Shown here: in pieces, positions 37,196 through 45,994 of the stretch
How the letters are laid out: each line of letters opens with the position of its first letter
How positions within the stretch are numbered: position 1 is the first letter of the stretch
Notes under the pieces: model-generated
Databases searched by the model: none
Told to the model about the DNA's origin: nothing
Seen by the model: only the letters and a program-made list of their open reading frames with translations
Virus record (IMG/VR): IMGVR_UViG_3300033120_000231
Location: 1 to 64,000 of that record
Length of the DNA stretch: 64,000 nucleotides
Source: a virus
Taxonomy: Duplodnaviria; Caudoviricetes
Strand: one strand, 5' to 3'
Program-made: the position numbers and the translations under genes

Positions 37196-37372
37196 ATGCT
37201 TTATGTTCTAATCCTCTTTGCTCATGTAGGCCTTATGGGCGATGGCAATTCAAATGCTTTTACCACTGCAGAGTTCTCTTCAGAAGCAACATGCAAGGTT
37301 GCAGGTGAGGCTGCTCGTAAGATGGCACAAGGTACAGTCAAAGAAATCAATTATATTTGTGCTAAGAAATAA
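37196..37372 (+). CDS. Small exported two-cysteine protein (not in ORF track)
   Basis: MLYVLILFAH...EFSSEATCKVAGEAA...NYICAKK; AAGG RBS. Confidence 0.65.
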   Translation: MLYVLILFAHVGLMGDGNSNAFTTAEFSSEATCKVAGEAARKMAQGTVKEINYICAKK

Positions 37373-37382
37373 AGGAATCAAA

Positions 37383-37589
37383 ATGAAGAGATTAACCAAA
37401 GAACAAGCTATCATCATCTCAGGATACACAGGCTTCACCGCTTGTGACTTCGGGGACTTTCATGAAGCAGTTGAAAAGAAACTTGGGCATCCTGTATGGA
37501 CTCATCAATTTGGTGATGAAGCCTTTGCAGAGAAGGTAAATGATGCCTTCCGTGAAGATTTTCTGAGTATTTGTTACGGGAGGGATTGA
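37383..37589 (+). CDS. Hypothetical phage protein
   Basis: LTKEQAIIISGYTG...EKKLGHPVWTHQF. Confidence 0.7.
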   Translation: MKRLTKEQAIIISGYTGFTACDFGDFHEAVEKKLGHPVWTHQFGDEAFAEKVNDAFREDFLSICYGRD

Positions 37590-37599
37590 GATACCACCT

Positions 37600-37694
37600 A
37601 AAACCCACCAGAAAGCCCTACAATGCATCCAAAGCACAAAGCTAAGGGGTATGTAGCCGGAAGGTGCTATAGAGGCTTATACGAGGTTTAAACC
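37600..37694 (-). repeat. Dispersed TTTAAA/hairpin element, copy E3 (degenerate)
   Basis: AGGGGTATGTAGCC core; GGTTTAAACC at 37685-37694. Confidence 0.45.
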
Positions 37695-37699
37695 AATTT

Positions 37700-37999
37700 A
37701 TGAAAGAAGGAAGACATATGCAAGATGTGTTTAAAATGATGCAGGCATTTACTAATAAATCTCTTGAACATAAAAAGTCCAGCAAATGGAAAGATTTATC
37801 TACAGCCCCAAAAGATAAAGGTATTCTACTTGCTATACCTTATGAGCGTAATTGCCTAGGTTATAACTATGTGGTAGCACAGTGGTGTCAGATTTTTGAG
37901 TATGGATATTGGTCACTCTCAGGGGTTAATTGCCATGATATAGGAGATGATGCTGTAAGGGTTAATGAAAACACACTGTGGACTGATATTCCAGACTAA
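37700..37999 (+). CDS. Hypothetical protein
   Basis: WKDLSTAPKD motif. Confidence 0.65.
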   Translation: MKEGRHMQDVFKMMQAFTNKSLEHKKSSKWKDLSTAPKDKGILLAIPYERNCLGYNYVVAQWCQIFEYGYWSLSGVNCHDIGDDAVRVNENTLWTDIPD

Positions 38000-38017
38000 G
38001 GGGATTGAATTAAATCT

Positions 38018-38221
38018 ATGAAAGAAACTATCATCCCTTTGGACTTCCCCTTCAAAATAGGAGATAAAGTCCAGAGTAAACTCAACCCTGATGAACAAGG
38101 AGAGGTCTACTGTATCTCTTACTCTACAAATTCTGTAAGAGTTTACTCAGATGTACCTTTTGGTAAGGCTGTTAAGTGTTATAATGCAGATGAACTCAAC
38201 TTAGTAAAGGAGATAAAATGA
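38018..38221 (+). CDS. Hypothetical SH3-like protein
   Basis: FKIGDKVQSK. Confidence 0.65.
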   Translation: MKETIIPLDFPFKIGDKVQSKLNPDEQGEVYCISYSTNSVRVYSDVPFGKAVKCYNADELNLVKEIK

Positions 38222-38400
38222 AAAAGACCTACTCATTTGAAGATGGTAAATACCAAATTGACCGTGACACCGATACCTTGGAAATCACCGATGTCCGATG
38301 TAATAAGGTGCATTGGGAAATTGGCTATGAAGATTTCCAATTTAGCAAGTGCATTCATGCTATGCTTAATTACATTGATGAACTAGAAAGTAAACTATGA
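38218..38400 (+). CDS. Hypothetical protein
   Basis: AAGGAG RBS. Confidence 0.65.
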   Translation: MKKTYSFEDGKYQIDRDTDTLEITDVRCNKVHWEIGYEDFQFSKCIHAMLNYIDELESKL

Positions 38401-38585
38401 AAAAGACCCTCAATAAAACCATTCGCATCTCTTTCCAAGAGAAAAACCAAAGTGGCTTTGTAAACAAATCGTTTGACACCTACAAAGAACATCTTGCATT
38501 TCATCTACAACAGATGAAGAAAAGTCCTGATGCAAGACGGCTAGGCATTCTGCCGTCGCCTTGTTATCAGGGGTGTTTCGTATAA
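38397..38585 (+). CDS. Hypothetical protein
   Basis: ATGA overlap. Confidence 0.55.
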   Translation: MKKTLNKTIRISFQEKNQSGFVNKSFDTYKEHLAFHLQQMKKSPDARRLGILPSPCYQGCFV

Positions 38586-38604
38586 AAGTATTTAAGGAGT
38601 AACT

Positions 38605-38883
38605 TTGTCAAAAGAACATGAGAAAAACTACGAGGAGTCAACCTCGCCTGATGGCCTTCGGACAGCGGGGCTGTCCTCAGCGTTGAGGCCGACTCGTAAT
38701 GTTGTACAATCGGCACGGCTACAATATGCTTGCGCCATTACACCACGAGACCCTGATCAGGACTTCTTTTATTATGTAAATAAAGAAGATGAAAATGAAG
38801 CCTTTGAATCTTTGGGGTATAATCCAAGGTGTATGAATAGTACACAAGAAGATGATTTTCGGGTTAATAAATTTTGGCGATGA
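38605..38883 (+). CDS. Hypothetical protein carrying a GC-rich hairpin element in frame
   Basis: AAGGAG plus TTG start; GC-rich island at codons 11-30. Confidence 0.5.
   Translation: MSKEHEKNYEESTSPDGLRTAGLSSALRPTRNVVQSARLQYACAITPRDPDQDFFYYVNKEDENEAFESLGYNPRCMNSTQEDDFRVNKFWR
38635..38695 (+). repeat. GC-rich branched hairpin element, copy A
   Basis: GAGTC...GACTC ends; the 39-bp core 38645-38683 matches 50608-50646 at 35/39. Confidence 0.8.
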
Positions 38884-38922
38884 GCTGTTTACAGCGAAGA
38901 CCTATGGTAAATATTTAAAGGA

Positions 38923-39318
38923 GTGAACATGTTTAAACAAGTAACAATGATTGAAGTAGATGATTGTGATGATCTAGTCCGAAAGACTTACGGACGGACA
39001 TACAGTCTCCAACAACAAGATGGTTGCAAGGAGAGAGGCCTTGAACAATTTACTGTACCAATACAATACCCTTTGGACTACAAAAACGATACAATCCCCG
39101 AAGAAGTTAACGGAGAAGAAATGGGTGTAAGTTTCAAAGCTTGGATTGAACGTGATCCTAATCAGGCACTTGACTCAAAAGATTTGTGGGATCGTCTACA
39201 TGGATTAGATATGTTCTGGGAACGTAACTTTTATCCAAGTGTAGAGATGGTTGCAAATGATCTTCACCGCCGTGGGTTGATACCTGCTGGAGAGTACGTT
39301 ATTAATATTGATTGGTAA
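38923..39318 (+). CDS. Hypothetical phage protein
   Basis: RTYSLQQQDGC...FWERNFYPSVEMVANDL. Confidence 0.75.
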   Translation: MNMFKQVTMIEVDDCDDLVRKTYGRTYSLQQQDGCKERGLEQFTVPIQYPLDYKNDTIPEEVNGEEMGVSFKAWIERDPNQALDSKDLWDRLHGLDMFWERNFYPSVEMVANDLHRRGLIPAGEYVINIDW

Positions 39319-39331
39319 TAAGGAGCTAAAC

Positions 39332-39526
39332 ATGAAAAGCTACGAAGAACTCTACAACGCCCTTATAGATGAACTAAAACATACCCGTGAAGGTGCACAG
39401 GAAATCTATGATGACTATAAAGCAGCAGGTTTGACATTCAACACTATCGAGGCTGAAGGGTACGTTCGTGGTACGTTGGAGTGTTTCAACCTTGTTAAAT
39501 ACATTGAAGATATGTTTAAGGAGTAA
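39332..39526 (+). CDS. Hypothetical protein
   Basis: AAGGAG RBS. Confidence 0.65.
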   Translation: MKSYEELYNALIDELKHTREGAQEIYDDYKAAGLTFNTIEAEGYVRGTLECFNLVKYIEDMFKE

Positions 39527-39528
39527 TT

Positions 39529-39740
39529 ATGCAAAAAGTAATCGAGGAACACGTTGTTGAAATACTTGAGTACGAAGTGGGATGGGCTCACGGATTGAGG
39601 AAGTAAAGTATTTTAAAAGCCTACAAGAGGCTAGAGATTTCTGCAAAGAGTTCAATAGCCGTAATACATCAGAAACCGTACCAGATTGGTATATGGTTGC
39701 TAAATACACTGGTAAGAAGAACTTACCTCAATTTAACTAA
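39529..39740 (+). pseudogene. Small phage gene frameshifted at GGG 39584-6
   Basis: One extra G gives EYEVGWGSRIEEVKYFKSLQEARDFCKEFNSRNTSETVPDWYMVAKY, a recognisable phage family pattern. Confidence 0.7.
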
Positions 39741-39750
39741 AGGAATAAAT

Positions 39751-39924
39751 ATGTTTTATAAAACAGATATTGAGATTGACCTACTTTCGTTTGCTGAGCA
39801 CATTGGAAATTGTGCTACAGACGATGAAATTTGTAGTTTTCTTTCTAGATTGCTGGAGGAAGTAGAAGATACCCCAATTAGTGATAAGATTCTTATGCTT
39901 GTTAAAGTTTTTCATGGAGAATAA
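39751..39924 (+). CDS. Hypothetical protein
   Basis: AAGGA RBS. Confidence 0.6.
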   Translation: MFYKTDIEIDLLSFAEHIGNCATDDEICSFLSRLLEEVEDTPISDKILMLVKVFHGE

Positions 39925-39928
39925 ATAT

Positions 39929-40213
39929 ATGCAATTCACAAACGAACAAAGCGAAGTTCAAATCAACCCAGAAGACATCGCAGGGTATGTAATTCGACGT
40001 AGCCCTACTTCACGATTACTCTTTGATGTATTCGGTGTAGACTACAAGGATCAACTTCTCTTCTGTGCAGCCTGTGACATGAATGCTGAAACAGCTATGT
40101 GCCTTGTTGATGCTTTTAACCGGGAGCATTATCCTTATGTACCTACCCCGACTGAGGCAACGTTTATTGAAGTTGGTGGAGTTGAGAAGGTATATAATAT
40201 CACTGCAGTATAA
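39929..40213 (+). CDS. Hypothetical protein
   Basis: GGAG RBS before MQFTNE. Confidence 0.65.
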   Translation: MQFTNEQSEVQINPEDIAGYVIRRSPTSRLLFDVFGVDYKDQLLFCAACDMNAETAMCLVDAFNREHYPYVPTPTEATFIEVGGVEKVYNITAV

Positions 40214-40214
40214 T

Positions 40215-40361
40215 ATGAAATCAAATGAAGTATTTTCTGGTTTTGTCCGTACCATAAGCCTTCTCGGTCATGGAAAGGATAAACCTCTGCATAAAGAAAA
40301 GAGTAAAGACGTAAGGATTATTCTAAAGACCGTCAACGTAAAAGGAATTGTGAATGACTAA
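40215..40361 (+). CDS. Hypothetical basic protein (48 aa)
   Basis: Fills the gap and overlaps the next start. Confidence 0.45.
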   Translation: MKSNEVFSGFVRTISLLGHGKDKPLHKEKSKDVRIILKTVNVKGIVND

Positions 40362-40773
40362 ACCACTCCCCGTAAAGATTTCAGACGTAGTCCAAGTTCT
40401 TCCAGGTTGCCCTTTCAAGTCCTTAGTGCACTCTAAGGGAATCGTCCGAGAGTCTTTAAGTTTCATGAGTTGTGTAGTAGAATTTCCTGTTGAACAGAGG
40501 ATTAAGGACTTTGATACAGGTGAGACACTCCAAAGTAAATTCTGGTGCATTCACTGGAAATATCTTATGGTGGTCGAGAGTGCTTATGACGATGCTCTTG
40601 GAGTGATGGAACACCAGATACAAGACCTTGAAGAAAGATTGATGTTTGCTAGATCATGTCTGACAATCAGTGAAGAACTAAGGGAACAGCAAGTAGAATT
40701 GATTGCAAAGCTTGTAGAAGAGGTTGACATGTTGAATGCAAAGGTGTATCATGCAGGCAATGGTAACAACTAA
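40354..40773 (+). CDS. Hypothetical protein with C-terminal coiled coil
   Basis: AAGGA RBS. Confidence 0.65.
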   Translation: MTKPLPVKISDVVQVLPGCPFKSLVHSKGIVRESLSFMSCVVEFPVEQRIKDFDTGETLQSKFWCIHWKYLMVVESAYDDALGVMEHQIQDLEERLMFARSCLTISEELREQQVELIAKLVEEVDMLNAKVYHAGNGNN

Positions 40774-40784
40774 AGGAGTAAATT

Positions 40785-40973
40785 ATGAATTTGATTGATT
40801 TTCATGTAACAGAAGTACTTTCAGAGCCTGTATTAGTTGAACGAGACTGGGGCTCATACTGGAAAGTCCTTGTGAAGTATAATGACGATGGTGGAGAGAC
40901 TGAAGAGTACTTGACGCAGCCAACTGAAGAATTGATTCGTGAGATTAAACCGGGTTATATTGGTCAACATTAA
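40785..40973 (+). CDS. Hypothetical protein
   Basis: AAGGAG RBS. Confidence 0.65.
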   Translation: MNLIDFHVTEVLSEPVLVERDWGSYWKVLVKYNDDGGETEEYLTQPTEELIREIKPGYIGQH

Positions 40974-40987
40974 GAAAGGAAATTGAA

Positions 40988-41365
40988 ATGAATTATTGCA
41001 AAACAGAATCTGCAAATATGCAGGGTATGCTGGGGTGTGTTTTCTCTTCTGTGGAAAAGAAAGAGGGGAATGCTGGGGATGAAATTCACTTCACCTGTGA
41101 TACTGGTACATTCATAATGTATCATTTACAAGATTGTTGTGAGAACGTCTATGTAGAAGACATCGTAGGAGACTTAGATGATCTTGTTGGTTCTCCTATC
41201 TTGTTAGCAGAAGAATCAAGTCAGATTGATCCAGATGCTTCAGAGTCAGGTACTTGGACATTTTACAAGTTAGCTACGATTAAAGGGTATGTTGATATTC
41301 GTTGGTACGGAAGTTCTAATGGATACTATTCTGAAGGTGTAAGTCTTGGGTTTATCCCGAAATAA
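40988..41365 (+). CDS. Hypothetical phage protein
   Basis: [20 protein letters not shown]...[12 protein letters not shown]. Confidence 0.8.
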   Translation: MNYCKTESANMQGMLGCVFSSVEKKEGNAGDEIHFTCDTGTFIMYHLQDCCENVYVEDIVGDLDDLVGSPILLAEESSQIDPDASESGTWTFYKLATIKGYVDIRWYGSSNGYYSEGVSLGFIPK

Positions 41366-41377
41366 GAAAGGAAGTCT

Positions 41378-41653
41378 ATGAAAGTTTTAGCAAAGTTCTA
41401 TTGGGATTGTGGTCGTAACGGTGATCTTGATGGTCTGTTTATTGCAGACAAAGAAGATATTGAATCTGCAGTTGGTAAAGATGTTTACTTCGGAGAAGTT
41501 CTGGGGAAGCATTCTGAGATTTATGGAGTTATTGCTGTTGATGATATTACCATCGTATCTGAGGATCAAACAGTTGTTGATGTTCTTTCATATATTTTTG
41601 AAGGTGGTGAAATAAGCGGATTCAACCCACTTGCTTACATCACAGAATCTTAA
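41378..41653 (+). CDS. Hypothetical phage protein
   Basis: WDCGRNGDLDGLFIA...GEVLGKHSEI...GFNPL. Confidence 0.8.
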   Translation: MKVLAKFYWDCGRNGDLDGLFIADKEDIESAVGKDVYFGEVLGKHSEIYGVIAVDDITIVSEDQTVVDVLSYIFEGGEISGFNPLAYITES

Positions 41654-41669
41654 TAATAAAGGAAGTCTT

Positions 41670-41906
41670 ATGAAAGAAATCAATAAAGAAACCAAGAAAC
41701 TTAATGCATTAGTTGCATTTGGTTGTCTAATCTATGCTGTTGATGAGGGAAGAGCTACCAAAAATCAGTTGAATAGTTTTAAAGCACTACTCCTTAGAAT
41801 TGATGGTACTCCACTTGGAAAAGAAGATGGGGGAGAACAAGATCAGATCGGTATTCAACACGCAATCAAACTAATTGAAGAATACTTAGAGGAAGAAGGG
41901 GTTTAA
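41670..41906 (+). CDS. Hypothetical protein
   Basis: AAGGA RBS. Confidence 0.65.
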   Translation: MKEINKETKKLNALVAFGCLIYAVDEGRATKNQLNSFKALLLRIDGTPLGKEDGGEQDQIGIQHAIKLIEEYLEEEGV

Positions 41907-41908
41907 AC

Positions 41909-42286
41909 ATGAAAATCAAAAGTATTTTAGCAATTCTTAGCCTTGTTGTTCTTAGTGCTTGCAGTGATGCAGACGTAGCATCAAGTATCATCTCAAAAGC
42001 AGCAGATAACTTTGAAGTTGCTCGTCGGGTTGTGTTCTACAATGGCATCACAGGTGAGTATATGCTTTCAATTGAAGGCTACTGTAGTAAGGGTAACGAT
42101 GACACTTCTCAGAAAGTAACCATCACTTGTAAAACTGGACTTAGTGAGTACAAGAAGCACTTCCTTGGGTTGTCTGACAATGTAACGTATGTGATAGAGC
42201 AAGTAGAGCCATATAAAACAGGTACTTCACACTACATTGTGAACTTCAAGCCGTCTGTGATTATTCCTGATGTTCGTGTTCGTTAA
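41909..42286 (+). CDS. Phage lipoprotein
   Basis: Lipobox LSAC; ADNFEVARRVVFYNGITGEYMLSIEG. Confidence 0.85.
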   Translation: MKIKSILAILSLVVLSACSDADVASSIISKAADNFEVARRVVFYNGITGEYMLSIEGYCSKGNDDTSQKVTITCKTGLSEYKKHFLGLSDNVTYVIEQVEPYKTGTSHYIVNFKPSVIIPDVRVR

Positions 42287-42301
42287 TATAAAGGATAAGA
42301 T

Positions 42302-42562
42302 ATGACTACAAATACCAAAAACATTGAAGCTCTTGTTGATGAGTATTGCTCAAGCGTTGGCTTCACAGAACTTTATAGGCTTCTCAAGAAGTTAGATCAT
42401 GAAGACTTGGATGTACTTCGTGCTGTGATTGAAGAGTCCTATATCCAGGGCGAAGAGGACTCTAAAACAAACTTTGAAATGGACTACCAAAAAGGATATG
42501 ATGAGGGATATGACTTGGGGTACAAGGAAGGTTGGACTAATGGTTATAAGTATTGCACTTGA
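42302..42562 (+). CDS. Hypothetical protein with GYDxG repeats
   Basis: YQKGYDEGYDLGYKEG. Confidence 0.65.
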   Translation: MTTNTKNIEALVDEYCSSVGFTELYRLLKKLDHEDLDVLRAVIEESYIQGEEDSKTNFEMDYQKGYDEGYDLGYKEGWTNGYKYCT

Positions 42563-43081
42563 ATGAAACCTCCAATCTTTCAAAATTTTTGTAACCTTTT
42601 CATTTTTGTTTTCCTAATCTCAATTCCCTCTTTTATCTCTACTTATAGTGAAGATATCGGAGGTGTTTTTGTTTCAGAACAACAGAAAGAACTTCGTTGT
42701 TTGGTCAACGGAGTCTATGCAGAAGCCCGTGGGGAACTAGAAGAAGGCATCCGAGCAGTAATGTCAGTTATTTACAACAGAAAGTTGCACAAAGACTATC
42801 CTGATTCATTTTGTGGAGTTATACTACAGCACAAGCAGTTCAGTGCTTTCAATAATAACAAAGAGTTAGCTACAAAGGTTTTAAAGCCCGTTGGGTCAAA
42901 AGATAAGCAAGCATACAACTTGGTATCGTATGTTGCCTACCAAGCGATCCTAGGTGGGTTTAAACCTGTTTTGGATAGGAATGTGTTGTTTTATACCAAA
43001 ACTAATGTAAGAAATGAGTGGACGAAACGGATGAAGGTGGTTATGATTGTGTCGAAGCATCAATTTTTAAAGGAGATTTAA
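42563..43081 (+). CDS. Cell wall hydrolase (SleB-like)
   Basis: CLVNGVYAEARGE...AVMSVIYNR...CGVILQHKQFS; N-terminal TM. Confidence 0.85.
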   Translation: MKPPIFQNFCNLFIFVFLISIPSFISTYSEDIGGVFVSEQQKELRCLVNGVYAEARGELEEGIRAVMSVIYNRKLHKDYPDSFCGVILQHKQFSAFNNNKELATKVLKPVGSKDKQAYNLVSYVAYQAILGGFKPVLDRNVLFYTKTNVRNEWTKRMKVVMIVSKHQFLKEI

Positions 43082-43732
43082 ATGAAAGAGAATAACGAAG
43101 CTATGAACGCTATGAGTAATACTGAATTCAAACCTGGAGATAAAGTCAAGTGTATTGATAATGGTGGGATGGAAGAGTATCTGATGATTGATAATGTGTA
43201 CACTGTTGGTACTCTGTCTAGTGATGGGTATCCTAGAATCAACTCAATATTCTGTAATCCAGATCGTTTTGAACTTATTGAAAAGGGTATAACTATGGAA
43301 CAAACAAAGCAACCTATGCGTAAACTAGGTGAAAAGAAATTCAACCCCCAGCCAGGGGATAAGATCATCTGTAATAACGGTGAAGAGTTCCTTTGTTGTA
43401 CTCTGGAGTTTCTTCAAGATAAGGTTTCACCGAAGATTAACACAAGTAAGCCTATTCTCGGCTATTCTTATATCACTGGGTGGCAAGGTTGGGATGCTTA
43501 TGGTTATGCACCTAATAAGTATAGCATTAAGAAAGTAATTTCTAAGCAAGAAAATGAAATACAAAGTGCTACTCTTTATTCAGCAGAAGACATTCAAAAA
43601 GCCTGTATTGATAATCTTGGTTGGCATGAAGACACTATTAAATTACTCATGAAATCTTTGGAGAAAGTAACTCACCCTGAGTACATGGAGTACCTTCGGT
43701 TGAAGGATATGTTTGAAAGTGATAAGGAATAA
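43082..43732 (+). CDS. Hypothetical protein with repeated PGDK modules
   Basis: FKPGDKVKC, QPGDKIIC; tail EYMEYLRLKDMFE. Confidence 0.7.
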   Translation: MKENNEAMNAMSNTEFKPGDKVKCIDNGGMEEYLMIDNVYTVGTLSSDGYPRINSIFCNPDRFELIEKGITMEQTKQPMRKLGEKKFNPQPGDKIICNNGEEFLCCTLEFLQDKVSPKINTSKPILGYSYITGWQGWDAYGYAPNKYSIKKVISKQENEIQSATLYSAEDIQKACIDNLGWHEDTIKLLMKSLEKVTHPEYMEYLRLKDMFESDKE

Positions 43733-43741
43733 AAGGTTATT

Positions 43742-44056
43742 ATGAATAAAGAAGACTTTGAACTCCTATCCTTAGCAGCAAAGGCTGTCGGTATTAGAGT
43801 AATTTCAATACAACATGGAAAGATAAACGCTACTAGAGATGGAAAGAAAAACTTCCATTGGAATCCTCGTATAGATGCAGGTGATAACATGCGATTAGCT
43901 GTGGAGTTATCTCTTGATATTGAATATAGTGACTTGAATAAAGAAGTTTTTGTTTATGGAAAAACAGTAATAAATGAAGCGTATGGTGATAACAAAGTAG
44001 CTGCTACATGTCTTGCCGTATTACGTGCAGCTGCAGAAATCGGAAAGTTAATGTAA
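43742..44056 (+). CDS. Hypothetical phage protein (ELLxLAAKA...WNP...D..RLAV family)
   Basis: Paralog of 50188-50523. Confidence 0.75.
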   Translation: MNKEDFELLSLAAKAVGIRVISIQHGKINATRDGKKNFHWNPRIDAGDNMRLAVELSLDIEYSDLNKEVFVYGKTVINEAYGDNKVAATCLAVLRAAAEIGKLM

Positions 44057-44247
44057 TGAACAGACAAGAAATAATCACACTAGCAGAATCTACAGGGCTT
44101 CTCTACCCATTAAAACCATCTTCATCGGACTATAGTAGCCCCGCTCACATGAGGTTGATTTCTAAGCTAGAGAAGTTTGCTCAGGATTGCTATAACAAAG
44201 GTTTTGATGATGGATCAGAATACACCCTCTCTAAGGAACGAGGGTAA
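44056..44247 (+). CDS. Hypothetical protein
   Basis: MNRQEIITLA...LEKFAQ. Confidence 0.65.
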   Translation: MNRQEIITLAESTGLLYPLKPSSSDYSSPAHMRLISKLEKFAQDCYNKGFDDGSEYTLSKERG

Positions 44248-44336
44248 ATCCTAATTTTCTTGGAGCATTTTCTAAAAGTATTTTGGATTTTAAAAGAGAG
44301 TATCTTTGCTACGAACGCTAATGAATAGGAGTTATT

Positions 44337-44712
44337 ATGATCTTTAGAGACGATGATCTTGGTTTTGACAAGTACGATGAGGTTGACGTGGATGAACTCT
44401 TGTACTTTGGTGGAAGAGGTGGGGGGAAAGGCAAAATTGCACTTTGAAACCCAAACAAAGCATTATTACTTTCCTTACGGAAATGAACAGGAGTTGATTA
44501 CTCATGTTGAATGTTTGTATAGAGTCACCTACGGCACATTCAGTCCAACAGAGGATTCTGACTGGGACTATCTTGGATACACCGATCTTATGTCATGGAA
44601 TGTACTGTCAGTAGAAAACAACGAAGGAGATGAGGTTGATCCTGAAAAGGTGTTGACACCAGAGCAATTTTTGGAGTATAGTCAAGGCTTATCAGACTTT
44701 ATAGGAGATTAA
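44337..44712 (+). pseudogene. Acidic hypothetical gene frameshifted at G6 (44421-6)
   Basis: AGGAG plus ATG44337 (MIFRDDDLGFDKY...); removing one G fuses it with the 44353-44712 frame (KAKLHFETQ...). Confidence 0.6.
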
Positions 44713-44714
44713 AC

Positions 44715-44918
44715 ATGAATATCCACGAACTGCAATCAGAACGTGACGCTTTGCAGATAAGATTACGGAGTATTATTCAGAATGAATTAAATAAGTTCAC
44801 AGAGCTTACTAATGTTGGAGTAAAATCAACCTATATTGATACTGTAAGCTACAGAAATATTGGTGATAAAATGTCTACTTATATTGTACATGCAGTAAAT
44901 GTAGATTTGGATTTGTAA
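44715..44918 (+). CDS. Hypothetical protein
   Basis: AGGAG RBS. Confidence 0.7.
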   Translation: MNIHELQSERDALQIRLRSIIQNELNKFTELTNVGVKSTYIDTVSYRNIGDKMSTYIVHAVNVDLDL

Positions 44919-44940
44919 CTTATATTTAGGAGGGTTGATA

Positions 44941-45234
44941 ATGACTAAACAAATTACGCCAGAAATAATTGAACGGGCTATTGAGTTTCTTGTCAAAGAC
45001 GTGTATTGTTGCCATGCTTTAGCTTCAGCTTTAGGTGGTTGGACTGATAATGATTGGGAACTAGTTGAAGAATTAGTTGAAAGTTTTATGTATCCACTAT
45101 TGGAAAGGGATAACATATCAAAAGATGGTTATTGGACATATGCTGTTAGTGATGTGCATGCTCAAGCTTTTCCAATACAGCGAAGAGATTGGCTTCGTAA
45201 GATTGCTCAAGAACTTCGTGAAGGTAAGATTTAG
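44941..45234 (+). CDS. Hypothetical protein
   Basis: AGGAGG RBS. Confidence 0.7.
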   Translation: MTKQITPEIIERAIEFLVKDVYCCHALASALGGWTDNDWELVEELVESFMYPLLERDNISKDGYWTYAVSDVHAQAFPIQRRDWLRKIAQELREGKI

Positions 45235-45237
45235 TAT

Positions 45238-45289
45238 AACCCCTTAATTTATTTCTATTAACTTGGAAGTAATTAAGGGGTTTCTTTTT
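45238..45289 (+). terminator. Intrinsic terminator (12-bp stem, 21-nt loop)
   Basis: AACCCCTTAATT / AATTAAGGGGTT plus TCTTTTT. Confidence 0.75.
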
Positions 45290-45572
45290 GTTCTTAAAAA
45301 TCTATACATGTCTAATTTAAAATATTTGGTTATAGATTGAAAACACAAAACCTCACACCATCATATTAATTAAAATGGTTTACCTTGTCTAAATTTCAAA
45401 AATCTACACACCTTAAATTTTGGAAAAATCTTACGGGGGTGCTAGGAAATAAATGGTAGATAAGCAGAATTTCCTCGATTTCTGTTGCTTTTTCACCACA
45501 AGTGTCGTTTTTCTACAACATTGGTAGGGTTTACCCTGATTTTGTATTGGTCATCCTAGAGCAAAGACACAT

Positions 45573-45666
45573 AGACGCATTAGAACGGCCCAGGCTAAGC
45601 GAACAGGACCAGGGTGATACGGGTATGGCTTGGAGGGTCAATCGTTGATCCTAGGTCGTTTAAATC
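45573..45666 (-). repeat. Dispersed GATTTAAACG element, copy E4
   Basis: Reverse complement reads GATTTAAACGACCTAGG; AGGGTGATAC core. Confidence 0.55.
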
Positions 45667-45704
45667 AATGCATTGAAAGTTAGAACTATTTTTGAATTTA
45701 GGAG

Positions 45705-45731
45705 TTGACAAAGTGAAAACTATGCTAGAAT
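45705..45731 (+). promoter_or_regulatory. Early promoter
   Basis: TTGACA-15-TAGAAT with TG extension; TATGCTAGAATTCT repeated at 46091-46104. Confidence 0.65.
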
Positions 45732-45764
45732 TCTCTACACCGTCAACCAGTAGGACAAAGCACC

Positions 45765-45989
45765 ATGAAACAATATAACGTCACAATTGAAACCCGTCAA
45801 CGTGGGGCTATTGGTGTTTTTCAACAAACATCGTTTAATGTTAACATGTATCAATCTAGTTTCTCAGATACTGACATTTTTAGGGATGCTCTTACACGTG
45901 CCCATGCTATGGGCTTGGAAACTCGTTTTCCTATTCGCTTAAATTTAGAGTATGACACACTAAACGAAAGCACTAACTTTCAAGGATAA
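45765..45989 (+). CDS. Early hypothetical protein
   Basis: AGGA RBS; first ORF after the promoter. Confidence 0.65.
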   Translation: MKQYNVTIETRQRGAIGVFQQTSFNVNMYQSSFSDTDIFRDALTRAHAMGLETRFPIRLNLEYDTLNESTNFQG

Positions 45990-45994
45990 ACATC

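Noticed and set aside
38645-38660. CTGATGG read as a hammerhead core in the repeat element
   Set aside because: It needs CUGAUGA and a downstream GAAA; neither copy has them.
44337-44445. LLYFGGRGGGK resembling a terminase Walker A; also a programmed -1 frameshift at GGGAAAG
   Set aside because: No other terminase features are present. The heptamer is not in phase with the zero frame and the needed shift is +1, so a G-run indel is simpler.
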